57,712 nt of DNA from a virus. Its lineage: Duplodnaviria > Caudoviricetes. The translations under genes were made by a program, and so were the position numbers. Of this stretch, positions 30,593-39,163 are shown piece after piece; position 1 is the first letter of the stretch; every line of letters begins with the position of its first letter. The notes under the pieces are model-generated. The model made no database searches and was not told where the DNA came from. It saw only the letters and a program-made list of their open reading frames with translations. The DNA lies in the IMG/VR virus record IMGVR_UViG_3300030107_004068, positions 1 through 57,712 of that record; one strand, written 5' to 3'.

Positions 30593-30970
30593 ATGGCACT
30601 TTCATCAGCGACATTCGATAGCACAGTACTATCGTACAAAATTGTTAAGCAGACGATTACTAACAATACTGCAAATATTGATGTCACTGCTGGGGCTGGC
30701 AAGCTGTATGAAATCATCTTGGCAAATGGATCTTCATCTAATGCCTACTTTAAAGCAGTGATTTCAGAAAATGAAGTCACTGTTGGAAATACAATTCCGC
30801 AACTAATGATTCGAGTAAATGCAGCAGAGACGAAGCGTTGGACCATCCCTGGCGGGCTAACGTTTACTAAGTTGAGCTTTTGGGCGGTTACTGGTCCTGC
30901 TGACAACAACACTACTTCGCCAACGCTAAACAGCGGAAACGGGCTAGTGACAACTATTGTCGCCACATAA
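30593..30970 (+). CDS. Beta-sandwich family protein, type A, copy 1
   Basis: SYKIV...GKLY.I...AYFK...P.L...IPGGLTF.KLSFW; paralogue of 32127 and 42690. Confidence 0.7.
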   Translation: MALSSATFDSTVLSYKIVKQTITNNTANIDVTAGAGKLYEIILANGSSSNAYFKAVISENEVTVGNTIPQLMIRVNAAETKRWTIPGGLTFTKLSFWAVTGPADNNTTSPTLNSGNGLVTTIVAT

Positions 30971-30981
30971 GGAGGTTTATC

Positions 30982-31350
30982 ATGGCTGTAACTTTGGGTA
31001 CTATTCCAGCCGCTCTGGCAACAGGGTTGGCGTCTGATAACAATGTTACTGATGCAGGTGGAACACAGGTTGCGTCTGGCTCCTCAACCCTGTTCTGCGT
31101 CAAAGGCGACGGAAGTGCAGCAACAGCAGAATCGTACATTAAGATTTGGGATGACACTTCTGGCGCACCAGACAGCAACAACCCAGACTATGTGTTCCCG
31201 ATTCTTACTGGTGAAACAATCGAGTATGTCTCCGCTGAAGGAAACGCATTGGCCGGTGGATTGCGTTATTTTGGAACATCAACAAGAGCAAACGCATCTA
31301 CTCAAGCTGCAGTTACTGGTACACTAGAAGCGAAATTTCTTTTCTCATAG
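30982..31350 (+). CDS. Beta-sandwich family protein, type B, copy 1
   Basis: AGGAGG RBS; paralogue of 32495 and 43090. Confidence 0.7.
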   Translation: MAVTLGTIPAALATGLASDNNVTDAGGTQVASGSSTLFCVKGDGSAATAESYIKIWDDTSGAPDSNNPDYVFPILTGETIEYVSAEGNALAGGLRYFGTSTRANASTQAAVTGTLEAKFLFS

Positions 31351-31358
31351 GAACGGTC

Positions 31359-31556
31359 ATGAAAGATTTTATCAACTCTCTTTTTTGCTCTCAGAAGCGT
31401 GTCTCTTGGCGTCGGCTTGCTGTTTTGGTGCTTGGTACTGGCCTACTTGCCGCTGGTCTACTTGCTTCAGACCAATGGCTGTACGTAGCCCTGGCCTACA
31501 TTGCTGGAGACTCTGCAGAGAAGGCAATGGCAGCCATCAACATCTCTAAGAAGTAG
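31359..31556 (+). CDS. Holin-like two-TM protein
   Basis: SWRRLAVLVLGTGLLAAG...QWLYVALAYIAG; two hydrophobic segments and a basic C-terminus. Confidence 0.55.
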   Translation: MKDFINSLFCSQKRVSWRRLAVLVLGTGLLAAGLLASDQWLYVALAYIAGDSAEKAMAAINISKK

Positions 31557-31565
31557 GAGTATGAC

Positions 31566-32126
31566 ATGGCTGATCCTACCGCAGCATACCCAACTTCAGA
31601 CCCTGGGGGAACAGCTTCACAGCAGGAGGCCTACCCGACCTCCCAACAGGAGTTGACCGAAGATCAGAAGTTAGCAGAACTCCGTCGAAGAGCAATTGAG
31701 GAAATGCGAAATAATCCGACTGCTGTCGCAGAGCGGTTGCGTGCTCGTGGTGCAACCGAGGACCAGATTGCGGGGTTATTTTCGAATGTTGGTGTCACAT
31801 ACCCCCGAGTAGACATTGGTCAAATTCAGTATGGACAGCAACCAGCAGGCGAAAGAACCGTTTTGCCTACTGTTAATATCAGCCCAGCATCTGCTCAGTA
31901 TGGACCCGGAGCAACAACCCTGCCAAGCGGTCAAGTTGCTCTTCCGGCCACACAAATCCAGCCAGCTTCTGTAGTTGCTGGACCCGGAGCACAAACGCTT
32001 CCCAGCGGACAGATAGCAATGCCAACCGTACCAATCCAAGCTGGTGCGCCAATGACAGACGAAGACATCCTAAGGGGAGGAATGTACGTTCAGCCTCAAC
32101 AGGGCGTTGTGGCGGGGAAGCAGTAG
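31566..32126 (+). CDS. Pro/Gln-rich hypothetical protein with 25-aa repeats
   Basis: AGGAG RBS; GPGATTLPSGQVALP and GPGAQTLPSGQIAMP repeats. Confidence 0.6.
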   Translation: MADPTAAYPTSDPGGTASQQEAYPTSQQELTEDQKLAELRRRAIEEMRNNPTAVAERLRARGATEDQIAGLFSNVGVTYPRVDIGQIQYGQQPAGERTVLPTVNISPASAQYGPGATTLPSGQVALPATQIQPASVVAGPGAQTLPSGQIAMPTVPIQAGAPMTDEDILRGGMYVQPQQGVVAGKQ

Positions 32127-32486
32127 ATGGCGTTTAAGGCTACCGGGTTTCATGACGCAGTCTCGTACAAAATTGTACATGAGTCTGGTGTCGTTAATGC
32201 TATGCATCAAAACGTCACTACGTCTAGCGGTAAGCTTTATTCTATTCTGGCTGTAAACTCAGGTAAGAATATCGCTTATTTGAAGATATTCGATACACCT
32301 AGCGCAACAATCGCTTCTTCACAGCCAATCATTATTTTGAGGATTGCTGCACAATCTACTGAAATTTATGAGATCCCAGGCGGTTTAGATTTTACAAATT
32401 TAAGCTTTTGCGCTACCCAAAATCAAAACCCTTTAGACAATACATCTGCAGTGACAACTTTAGACGTAAAGTTAGTTTGTAGTTGA
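32127..32486 (+). CDS. Beta-sandwich family protein, type A, copy 2
   Basis: SYKIV...SGKLYSI...AYLKI...IPGGLDFTNLSF. Confidence 0.7.
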   Translation: MAFKATGFHDAVSYKIVHESGVVNAMHQNVTTSSGKLYSILAVNSGKNIAYLKIFDTPSATIASSQPIIILRIAAQSTEIYEIPGGLDFTNLSFCATQNQNPLDNTSAVTTLDVKLVCS

Positions 32487-32494
32487 GGTGAAAA

Positions 32495-32884
32495 ATGGCA
32501 ACCACAACTATATCTACATTCACCGCAGTTGCTGGAAAGCTAATCAACGATACTGCTATTCAACTAACTGCAAACGCTAGCGGCGTTTCCAGTGGCAGGG
32601 TCTATATGGTCGAAATCGACAATACCCTCAACTCTTCTGCAGTGTATTTGAAATTCAGGGATAGCCAAAGCCTAACCGGAGCGAATATTACGGTTACAAC
32701 CGCTAACGGTGTTGGAACACCACATTTTATGTTTTATGCTCCGTCAGGAAAGTCAATTACCTACGTTATACCTAATGGCCATGCGTATACCTCAGGATTG
32801 TCTGTTTGGTGTGTTACCGGCGCTGAGGTTGGAAGCGCGACTTACCCATCAAGAGACGTACAGATCAACATTCTTTGTTCGTGA
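32495..32884 (+). CDS. Beta-sandwich family protein, type B, copy 2
   Basis: VYMVEIDN...AVYLK...FMFYAP...Y.IP.G.....GLSVWC. Confidence 0.7.
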   Translation: MATTTISTFTAVAGKLINDTAIQLTANASGVSSGRVYMVEIDNTLNSSAVYLKFRDSQSLTGANITVTTANGVGTPHFMFYAPSGKSITYVIPNGHAYTSGLSVWCVTGAEVGSATYPSRDVQINILCS

Positions 32885-32891
32885 GAATCAT

Positions 32892-33134
32892 ATGACTGAC
32901 ATTATTGGCATGGTTGCAACGCTGGTTTTTGGACTGTTTGCTTTTTTTGTTGGTAAAAAGGTGTCTAAGAAGGGTAAAAAGCAGGCAAGTCCGCCAGAAA
33001 ACAAGGCCGCAAATGTTGCTATAGACAACGTTCAAGAAAAACTCAAAGAAGAACTAGATCGAATCAAATCAGCCACTACAGGTGATTCTCCTGCTGATGA
33101 TCTTGCTGATCTTGGTAACTCGAGACGACGATGA
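32892..33134 (+). CDS. N-terminal TM plus coiled-coil protein (i-spanin-like)
   Basis: TM IIGMVATLVFGLFAFFVG followed by basic and helical segments; in the lysis cluster. Confidence 0.5.
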   Translation: MTDIIGMVATLVFGLFAFFVGKKVSKKGKKQASPPENKAANVAIDNVQEKLKEELDRIKSATTGDSPADDLADLGNSRRR

Positions 33135-33577
33135 TGACGGGGCTCCTCCTTTTCCTTGGTTTGGCCCATGCATCAGACCCTATTGAGCGACCGGAGGCGC
33201 CGGATCCTGTAGAGAACGAGTGCTTAAAGGTTATGCCTATTACGTACCATAAGACTTTACCTGCGATGTTGGCAGATGAGTCTGGAGTTGCCAGATGCTC
33301 TTCTGTAGCCGTACCGTTGTCGCAGTTCTCGGATTTGTTGCAAACTGAGAGGTGGGGCCTTGCAGTCGAGTCACAGTACAAAATTCAGACTTCGAAGCTG
33401 GAAATGGAACGAGATTGGTACAAGCAACAGTTAGATGAGGCGTTAAAGCCTAAACCGTGGCTTGAAAGGCCTGGAACTCAGCGTTGGCTTGGTAGAATAG
33501 AAACGATAGTTATCGTTGGCATTGTCACTGCCGGGTTAGGGGCTACATATCACTACACATCGGGAGCAGGAAAATGA
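33131..33577 (+). CDS. Signal-peptide protein with C-terminal TM (spanin-like accessory)
   Basis: MMTGLLLFLGLAHA signal, coiled coil and TM IVIVGIVTAGLGA. Confidence 0.5.
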   Translation: MMTGLLLFLGLAHASDPIERPEAPDPVENECLKVMPITYHKTLPAMLADESGVARCSSVAVPLSQFSDLLQTERWGLAVESQYKIQTSKLEMERDWYKQQLDEALKPKPWLERPGTQRWLGRIETIVIVGIVTAGLGATYHYTSGAGK

Positions 33578-33861
33578 ATATTAAAGATATAGCCATTCCC
33601 TGCAGTACTATTTTGTTTGCTGCTGGCGCTGCCTTTGCTTCATTTGAGTCTGCTGCACAAGAAACAGAAGAGCTTGCAAGAAGGGTTACAGTTATTGAAT
33701 CTAAAGAAGGCAAGCAGGAAGTTGTTGACCTTAAGATTGAAGGCGTAGAAAAACGCCTCGATAAGATGGAAGAACTCATGGGCAAAATGCTCGAGGTTCA
33801 ACAACAGCAAGCAATTAACCAAGCCAAGATTTGCGCGGCTACTAACGCGAGTTGTAACTAA
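33574..33861 (+). CDS. TM plus coiled-coil lysis-associated protein
   Basis: N-terminal hydrophobic segment and heptad repeats; overlaps both neighbours. Confidence 0.5.
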   Translation: MNIKDIAIPCSTILFAAGAAFASFESAAQETEELARRVTVIESKEGKQEVVDLKIEGVEKRLDKMEELMGKMLEVQQQQAINQAKICAATNASCN

Positions 33862-34436
33862 TGAGACCACTTATTCTTGATTATGTTGATTCGCTCGGTC
33901 ACGCTGTATTTGAGAGCGGTGAGTACAACCTAAACATCATTGGTATCCGTAGTAAGGATCACCAGGCAAATAGTTTTGATGATCGTATCTGCGTAGTGTT
34001 TAGGGATGAGAGTGGATGGATAGTCCGCACCTGGGAATGCACTACAGAGCCCGGTCGATACTGGCTCGAAAATCCCAGCAATGTCAATGGAACTGCTATT
34101 CTTGTACCTGGGCAGTATCGGTCTGTTTGGAAGATCGACAAGCACCAAGGACGATACGATGCGCTCTGTCAGAGGAACGGTACGGTCAAAGTTTATCGGG
34201 ACGACAATAAAGACGACGTTATTGATCTTGATGTGGACTCAATTACTGAAGGGATGTATGGCATCAACATTCACAAGGCGGGGTCAGCATCGACGCAAGT
34301 AAACAAGTGGTCTGCCGGGTGTCAGGTGTTTAGCCATAGCGCTGACTTTGAAGAGTTCATGAGCATCTGCTACGCAGCAAAGGAGAAGTGGGGTAACAGC
34401 TTTACGTATACGCTGATCGACGAACCGGAGTTCTAA
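33861..34436 (+). CDS. Putative endolysin with L,D-transpeptidase (YkuD)-like catalytic motif
   Basis: NIIGIR..N.FDD, TTEPG, GTAILVPGQY, VYRD and GINIHKAG...WSAGCQV (His/Cys motif), among membrane genes. Confidence 0.7.
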   Translation: MRPLILDYVDSLGHAVFESGEYNLNIIGIRSKDHQANSFDDRICVVFRDESGWIVRTWECTTEPGRYWLENPSNVNGTAILVPGQYRSVWKIDKHQGRYDALCQRNGTVKVYRDDNKDDVIDLDVDSITEGMYGINIHKAGSASTQVNKWSAGCQVFSHSADFEEFMSICYAAKEKWGNSFTYTLIDEPEF

Positions 34437-34744
34437 TGGAAGCGTTGCTGGAGTCCCTTCTTGCTGATGGTCACCTTGGCGTCTTCGCGGCGTTTCTGAT
34501 TTATCAGTTTGTTACTATGCAGAAGCGTCTGGATGCTCTTGTAGAGGGTTTTCAGAAGCAACTCAAAGAGATCAACGACGAGTACGATGACCGCATTGAG
34601 AAAATGCGTGAGCGTTATGACATCGTAATCAAAGAAGCTCGGGCTGAGACTGCTGCTCAGGCTAAAGACTTTCTACAGGTTCGCAATAAAATTCAAGAAC
34701 AGATCGTGTCTAAACTCGATATTTTGACCGCACGAGGAAAGTAA
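34436..34744 (+). CDS. Holin-like protein (BhlA/UviB-like layout)
   Basis: GHLGVFAAFLIY TM followed by a coiled coil; directly after the lysin. Confidence 0.5.
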   Translation: MEALLESLLADGHLGVFAAFLIYQFVTMQKRLDALVEGFQKQLKEINDEYDDRIEKMRERYDIVIKEARAETAAQAKDFLQVRNKIQEQIVSKLDILTARGK

Positions 34745-34748
34745 AATC

Positions 34749-35261
34749 ATGTCATCACCAGTAGAAACGCCTGCGCCAGCCTCAACTCAAAGCCCTGATC
34801 CGGTCGATATCAAAGGCTTTGATCCAGGTCCTGAACCGCCACAACTTTCTGAAACTGTTGGTGTAGCTCCAGACATTACAGCAGCGGCCAATGCCGCTAA
34901 GTCGTTGGGCGGAGAACACGCGCCTATGGTGGCAATCGCTTTGGCGGGCATGGCCGTAGCCGGTGGTTCAAAAGCGTTCAAGCTATATCGTGATTGGGCT
35001 GAGCAGAAGCATGAGCGAGAGATGAAGAAGCTGGAGATTGAGTCCCAGAATCAGGGTCTTGAGGGACAGCAGCCCCCTCCTTGTGCAGCCAAGTGTGCGG
35101 CTATGCAAGTAGAGATCGACGGCCTTAAGTCAAAGATCGCAGGCATCGAGAAGAAAACGGCTACCATTTCTGCCGACTTCGATGGAGATGATGTTGAACG
35201 TAAGGTCAAGCGCATGAAGAAGCGCATTGATGAGTTGTTCGAGATTGTTGAGAAAAGCTAA
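34749..35261 (+). CDS. Membrane-anchored coiled-coil protein
   Basis: Pro-rich N-terminus, hydrophobic MVAIALAGMAVAGG and coiled coil. Confidence 0.55.
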   Translation: MSSPVETPAPASTQSPDPVDIKGFDPGPEPPQLSETVGVAPDITAAANAAKSLGGEHAPMVAIALAGMAVAGGSKAFKLYRDWAEQKHEREMKKLEIESQNQGLEGQQPPPCAAKCAAMQVEIDGLKSKIAGIEKKTATISADFDGDDVERKVKRMKKRIDELFEIVEKS

Positions 35262-35551
35262 ATTAGTTTACTTATCAGCGTCACGATGGATACGACCAAT
35301 GCCGCACAAGAAAAGATCATCGCTCGTCTATTGGCACGCCAACTGCGCTCAACACCATGTCGCTTCAATTCAAAGTCGAAGTGATCCTCAGGGGTCCAAT
35401 CAGGAATCTTCTGAAGATACTCTGAACAAGTCCGATGCTCCCACAAAGCGTCCTCAGGAACGTCGAGCCCTCGATACATCAAACAGACGCCTGCCTGTTT
35501 GCTAGCTCCGTTGTAGGGCTTGTAAAACCCGCATCGTCCACATCTTGCCAT
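35258..35551 (-). CDS. Cys-rich protein with C-terminal TM
   Basis: CGRC..C..C metal-binding pattern and C-terminal hydrophobic helix. Confidence 0.5.
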   Translation of the reverse strand: MARCGRCGFYKPYNGASKQAGVCLMYRGLDVPEDALWEHRTCSEYLQKIPDWTPEDHFDFELKRHGVERSWRANRRAMIFSCAALVVSIVTLISKLI

Positions 35552-35563
35552 GACAAAAGAATA

Positions 35564-35794
35564 CCCCACTTGAGTCGTGACTCTCAAGTGGGGCCAGGTT
35601 TAATCCACGGGATTAAAATGATCTCAGCCTATCCGAGATCAAAATGTTAAACCACCACCAAGTGTGTGGATTAAATCTAAAACGCCCTATCACGACTAAG
35701 GCCCCTGCACCCCTCTGACGGTGGGAACCAATTCAACTATTTTTGCTCTTCGTACAAGAGTTGAACTAGCGTGTCAGAGGGGACAGGGGGGACA
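35564..35794. ncRNA. Candidate structured RNA/DNA element with several consecutive stems
   Basis: Stems at 35564-74/35583-93, 35599-608/35666-75, 35619-41 and 35702-19/35773-89. Confidence 0.4.
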
Positions 35795-36469
35795 TTAGCC
35801 ATCGAAGGTTTCAGCAATATCTTCGATGTCGTTTTTCGGCTTAGCCTTGGCAGTGACCTTTTTGGGCGTGTCTTCGTTGGCGCCTTCAATAGCTTTTCCT
35901 GCCATTGCGGCGATAAACTGCTTCATCAAGTCTTTAAGCTCATCATCGTTAGATGAGTTCTGCTTGTTTGTAAGAGCTTCAATCAGTTCCTTGTTACTGT
36001 TTGACACGTCAACGTGAACGTCTACTGCTGGCACACCGTTAGTGTAGCGAAGATCTTTCTCGTTGCGGGCATCGACCCACTGACATGCTGCAACAATAGA
36101 CTCTACGCCGTACTCTGATCGAATATCAACCTCGTAGTCGTAGAGCTTCCACTCACCGTTAGGCTGCGAGTTGTTGATGTTTTTAACCATTGCAGCAAGT
36201 GTCGCATGCATCATGGTGTTCCAAAGGTCTTCATCAACAGCGTTCAGTGTTCCAGCCAGTGTCCAGCGTTGAGTTTTTAGCTTTTTTCGATAATCGGACC
36301 ATTCCTTCTTTGTCTTCTTATCAACCATTTCGTCATCAAAAACTGACCTCATAATCGACAATAGATGACTTGATTGAATGATCTTTTTTGGCCCATCGCT
36401 CGTTCCTGCAGTTTCGTGGAACATTTTGCTCCGTGAACGCTGTGATGCTGCTTGATCGATAAGTGACAT
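35795..36469 (-). CDS. Hypothetical protein downstream of RecT
   Basis: 224 aa with AGGAG RBS. Confidence 0.65.
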   Translation of the reverse strand: MSLIDQAASQRSRSKMFHETAGTSDGPKKIIQSSHLLSIMRSVFDDEMVDKKTKKEWSDYRKKLKTQRWTLAGTLNAVDEDLWNTMMHATLAAMVKNINNSQPNGEWKLYDYEVDIRSEYGVESIVAACQWVDARNEKDLRYTNGVPAVDVHVDVSNSNKELIEALTNKQNSSNDDELKDLMKQFIAAMAGKAIEGANEDTPKKVTAKAKPKNDIEDIAETFDG

Positions 36470-36477
36470 GAAATCTC

Positions 36478-37368
36478 CTACTCAGTGAAGTCTTGTTCTG
36501 GTTCTGGAAGTCCGTTGTCTTTAGTTTTTTCAACTAAATCTTTTACGCTGGACTTCTTTCGTCTTTTTGGTTTTGGTTTTTCAGTAACATCAATGACGCT
36601 ATCGTCATCAATAATAGCTTCGTTGCTCATTGAATGTATGTCATTGCCTACTGTGTTGTCAATGACGCCAACATCTTCAAAGTCAGATTTTATGTCATGA
36701 TCAAGAACCGCTGTTGTTTGGGGTGTAAGCGGCAAATACTTACAGATTCGCCTGATTACGGTTTTTCGCCACATTTCCTCTGTGTGCTGTGACCAAGGGC
36801 CAGAATCTGGGCTTCGCGAGTTAGATCGAATCTTGTCGATTTGATCCTTACGCATGACCTCTACTTGGCGTTGCCCATCTTTGTAGTAGCAAACAGCATA
36901 GGCAAGCTTGAGTCCACCAGGGTCGTCATAGTTGACTTTGTGCTTTAATACTTCACCATCATCAAGATCAAAGTAATGCTCGAACTCATCGTTTTCATGA
37001 ACAACACGAGCAACAAAATGAGCAACCTCTCCAGACCGCTTCACCAAGTCCATAAGTCCCGTATATTCGATCCAAAGTTCAGCATCGTATGACTTGGCGC
37101 GCTTGTTCCACATGGGCACAAGAGATGCTCGATGCAGGACGCCGCCAGCTACGAGATTAAGCTCACATGCTTTGGCTAAGGCAAGGTAAACGGAACCAGG
37201 AGTGCATTGGGCAAGACGCTCATTCTTAGCAGCCTCGAACATTGCCACCCGGATAATTCGATCTACATCAGTTCCCTTTGGTGCGATCTTTACAAGGCTG
37301 TCTCGCTTGGCGCCTAAAAACTCATTTAGAGATGTAAGTTGGTCGCGTCTACTAATTGCTGTCGTCAT
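36478..37368 (-). CDS. recT: RecT-family ssDNA annealing protein
   Basis: LAQCTPGSV..AL, LVP, Y.GLMDLVKRSGEV, VVHENDEF, GPW.QH.EEMWRKTVIRRICKYLPL. Confidence 0.9.
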   Translation of the reverse strand: MTTAISRRDQLTSLNEFLGAKRDSLVKIAPKGTDVDRIIRVAMFEAAKNERLAQCTPGSVYLALAKACELNLVAGGVLHRASLVPMWNKRAKSYDAELWIEYTGLMDLVKRSGEVAHFVARVVHENDEFEHYFDLDDGEVLKHKVNYDDPGGLKLAYAVCYYKDGQRQVEVMRKDQIDKIRSNSRSPDSGPWSQHTEEMWRKTVIRRICKYLPLTPQTTAVLDHDIKSDFEDVGVIDNTVGNDIHSMSNEAIIDDDSVIDVTEKPKPKRRKKSSVKDLVEKTKDNGLPEPEQDFTE

Positions 37369-38323
37369 CTTTAGGCTCCATGATGCGAAGAATTCTGTTG
37401 GAAGATCCCTCACTAACGTATTGTTGGTAAAGTTCTGGATGCTCGGCTGAAAATCTTTTCTTATCGAACAGTTGCCGTGGCCTAGTTGGCTTCCATGTGG
37501 CAATACCGGAAATGCCAATAGACTCACCAATGCAGTTTCTCAATTGATTTTCAAGCTCGTTTTTCTTTTCTGTGAGCGCCTTGTGTTCATCCCTAATTTT
37601 GAGAATTTTCTCGTATATCTCTCTCTCAGCGACACTGGCTGGGCGCAATGTTTCTTCTTTTACTCGAGGGTTTAGTTTCCCAAGGGCCTCACGGCATAGG
37701 TCTGTTCCATCAACTGGCGGTGGAGTTTCAGTTTTTACGTAGGAGTCCCACCATTGCTCGGCCACTGTAAGTATTTGCTCGCCAAGCTCTTTGTCTCTTT
37801 CGATTCGATAAACTCGAAAATCGTCCAAACCAAACAACGTTGCAATATCCCAAAATGGAGCATCAAATATCTCCATGTAGACTCGCATCTGTACCTCTAC
37901 GTCTAAAGGCACATCTGTTGTTCCAGTCTTACCCCAGCCTTTCCTCATCCTTCTGGTCTTCGCGTCCATCCCAAATGAAACGCCGTTGTGTTCAACCATA
38001 GCGTCTGGCGTGCCAAAGATGCGTGGTCGAGTCGGATGCCAAGTCAATCCCCTCTCCCAAAGGCGACATCCCTCTCCCAAATGGAGTTCATATAGCTCAA
38101 ATACGTACTTCTCCATAACTCGACCACGCATCAAAATTGCATTGTCTTGATCTTCAGATTTGAACAGGCCAGTTTTTTCCGACCAGAGCTTGAAAAGGCT
38201 GTTTTCGAAACATCCAACTCTGTCTTCAATGCTTGCTGATGCGAGCATGATTGATGCGACATCTGTTCCGCCAAGGCCTTTTCTACGTTCAGCTAGCCAA
38301 GCCTCGCGCTCTTCTTGATTCAT
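37352..38323 (-). CDS. YqaJ-like viral exonuclease
   Basis: WLAERRKGLGGTD, LWSEKTG, GTPDA, DAKT and VQMRVYM motifs; adjacent to RecT. Confidence 0.9.
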   Translation of the reverse strand: MNQEEREAWLAERRKGLGGTDVASIMLASASIEDRVGCFENSLFKLWSEKTGLFKSEDQDNAILMRGRVMEKYVFELYELHLGEGCRLWERGLTWHPTRPRIFGTPDAMVEHNGVSFGMDAKTRRMRKGWGKTGTTDVPLDVEVQMRVYMEIFDAPFWDIATLFGLDDFRVYRIERDKELGEQILTVAEQWWDSYVKTETPPPVDGTDLCREALGKLNPRVKEETLRPASVAEREIYEKILKIRDEHKALTEKKNELENQLRNCIGESIGISGIATWKPTRPRQLFDKKRFSAEHPELYQQYVSEGSSNRILRIMEPKDDDSN

Positions 38324-38344
38324 TGGTTGTTTTCTCCTTTTGGT

Positions 38345-38373
38345 AGAATACTTTCTTGAGCGATGTGTGTCAA
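38345..38373 (-). promoter_or_regulatory. Sigma70-like promoter for yqaJ-recT
   Basis: TTGACA-17 nt-TATTCT on the minus strand. Confidence 0.7.
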
Positions 38374-38390
38374 GGAGCCACACCCCTTTG

Positions 38391-38419
38391 TGGACAAAAG
38401 TTGTCCGGTGCGCTATTTT
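38391..38419 (+). promoter_or_regulatory. Divergent promoter with overlapping GGACAA-N3-TTGTCC palindrome
   Basis: TGGACA-17 nt-TATTTT upstream of the HTH gene. Confidence 0.4.
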
Positions 38420-38439
38420 TGTTTGACAAGGTGTGTCTA

Positions 38440-38679
38440 ATGGTCATCGAAGACTATCGAAAAAGCTTGCCTGGGAAGAGCACTCGAGCTTCATTTGTTG
38501 ATTGGCTCAACAATGAACTGAACCAGTTCGATTTGAGCCTGAGTCTTGGATATCTTAGGGATCTTGAGTATGGAAGGAAAACGCCATCCTTGCCTTTAGC
38601 TATAGGTATCGAAAAAGCTACAGGTGGTGTAGTATCTGTAAGAGATTGGCCTGGTTTAAAGTCAGGCCTTCGTTCATAA
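38440..38679 (+). CDS. Cro/XRE-like HTH regulator
   Basis: LSLGYLRDLEYGRKTPSLPLAIGIEKATGGVVSVRDW. Confidence 0.8.
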   Translation: MVIEDYRKSLPGKSTRASFVDWLNNELNQFDLSLSLGYLRDLEYGRKTPSLPLAIGIEKATGGVVSVRDWPGLKSGLRS

Positions 38680-38692
38680 ATGGAGTAGGACA

Positions 38693-38932
38693 ATGAGTCT
38701 TAAGGAAAAAGTTGAAGCAATGAAGGTTGTCACCCGCCAGCGTGGGTCAGGGCATGGGTACAATTCACAGCAGGTATACGGCACGCTGTATGCCTACATT
38801 GCAGAACTCGAAGCAAAGCTTGCTGCTGCAGACAAGCCAGCGCCCGCTAAAAAGGAGCCTGCTAAAAAGGCCCCGACAAAAAAGCCTGCCGCTAAAAAGG
38901 CTCCAGCGAAGAAAACGCTGAAAAAGAAGTAA
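38693..38932 (+). CDS. Small protein with histone-H1-like PAKK tail
   Basis: AGGA RBS; KPAPAKKEPAKKAPTKKPAAKKAPAKK. Confidence 0.65.
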   Translation: MSLKEKVEAMKVVTRQRGSGHGYNSQQVYGTLYAYIAELEAKLAAADKPAPAKKEPAKKAPTKKPAAKKAPAKKTLKKK

Positions 38933-39163
38933 TTAAGCTTCAATAGGCTCTTTAAGGGTTGCTTCAATAATCTTGAAAGCAGCCCAGCTTTGCTGTGTCT
39001 CGATGTGTTCATTTATCTTTTCAATGATGTTGATTTGAGTCATCGCTGTGATCACATGGTCCCGTTCTGAGTCGAACACTTCCATGTTGTCTCCGACTAT
39101 CTCTACAATCCAGTTATCTGGAACTGTCCAGCAGTCTCGTATTCGTTCTATGTCATTCATCAA
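38933..39163 (-). CDS. Hypothetical protein
   Basis: Coupled ORF at the end of the helicase operon. Confidence 0.5.
   Translation of the reverse strand: MMNDIERIRDCWTVPDNWIVEIVGDNMEVFDSERDHVITAMTQINIIEKINEHIETQQSWAAFKIIEATLKEPIEA

Noticed and set aside
36478-38383. Long N-terminal extensions of RecT (37530) and YqaJ (38383) in the ORF track
   Set aside because: RBS positions, the promoter and family motifs support starts at 37368 and 38323.
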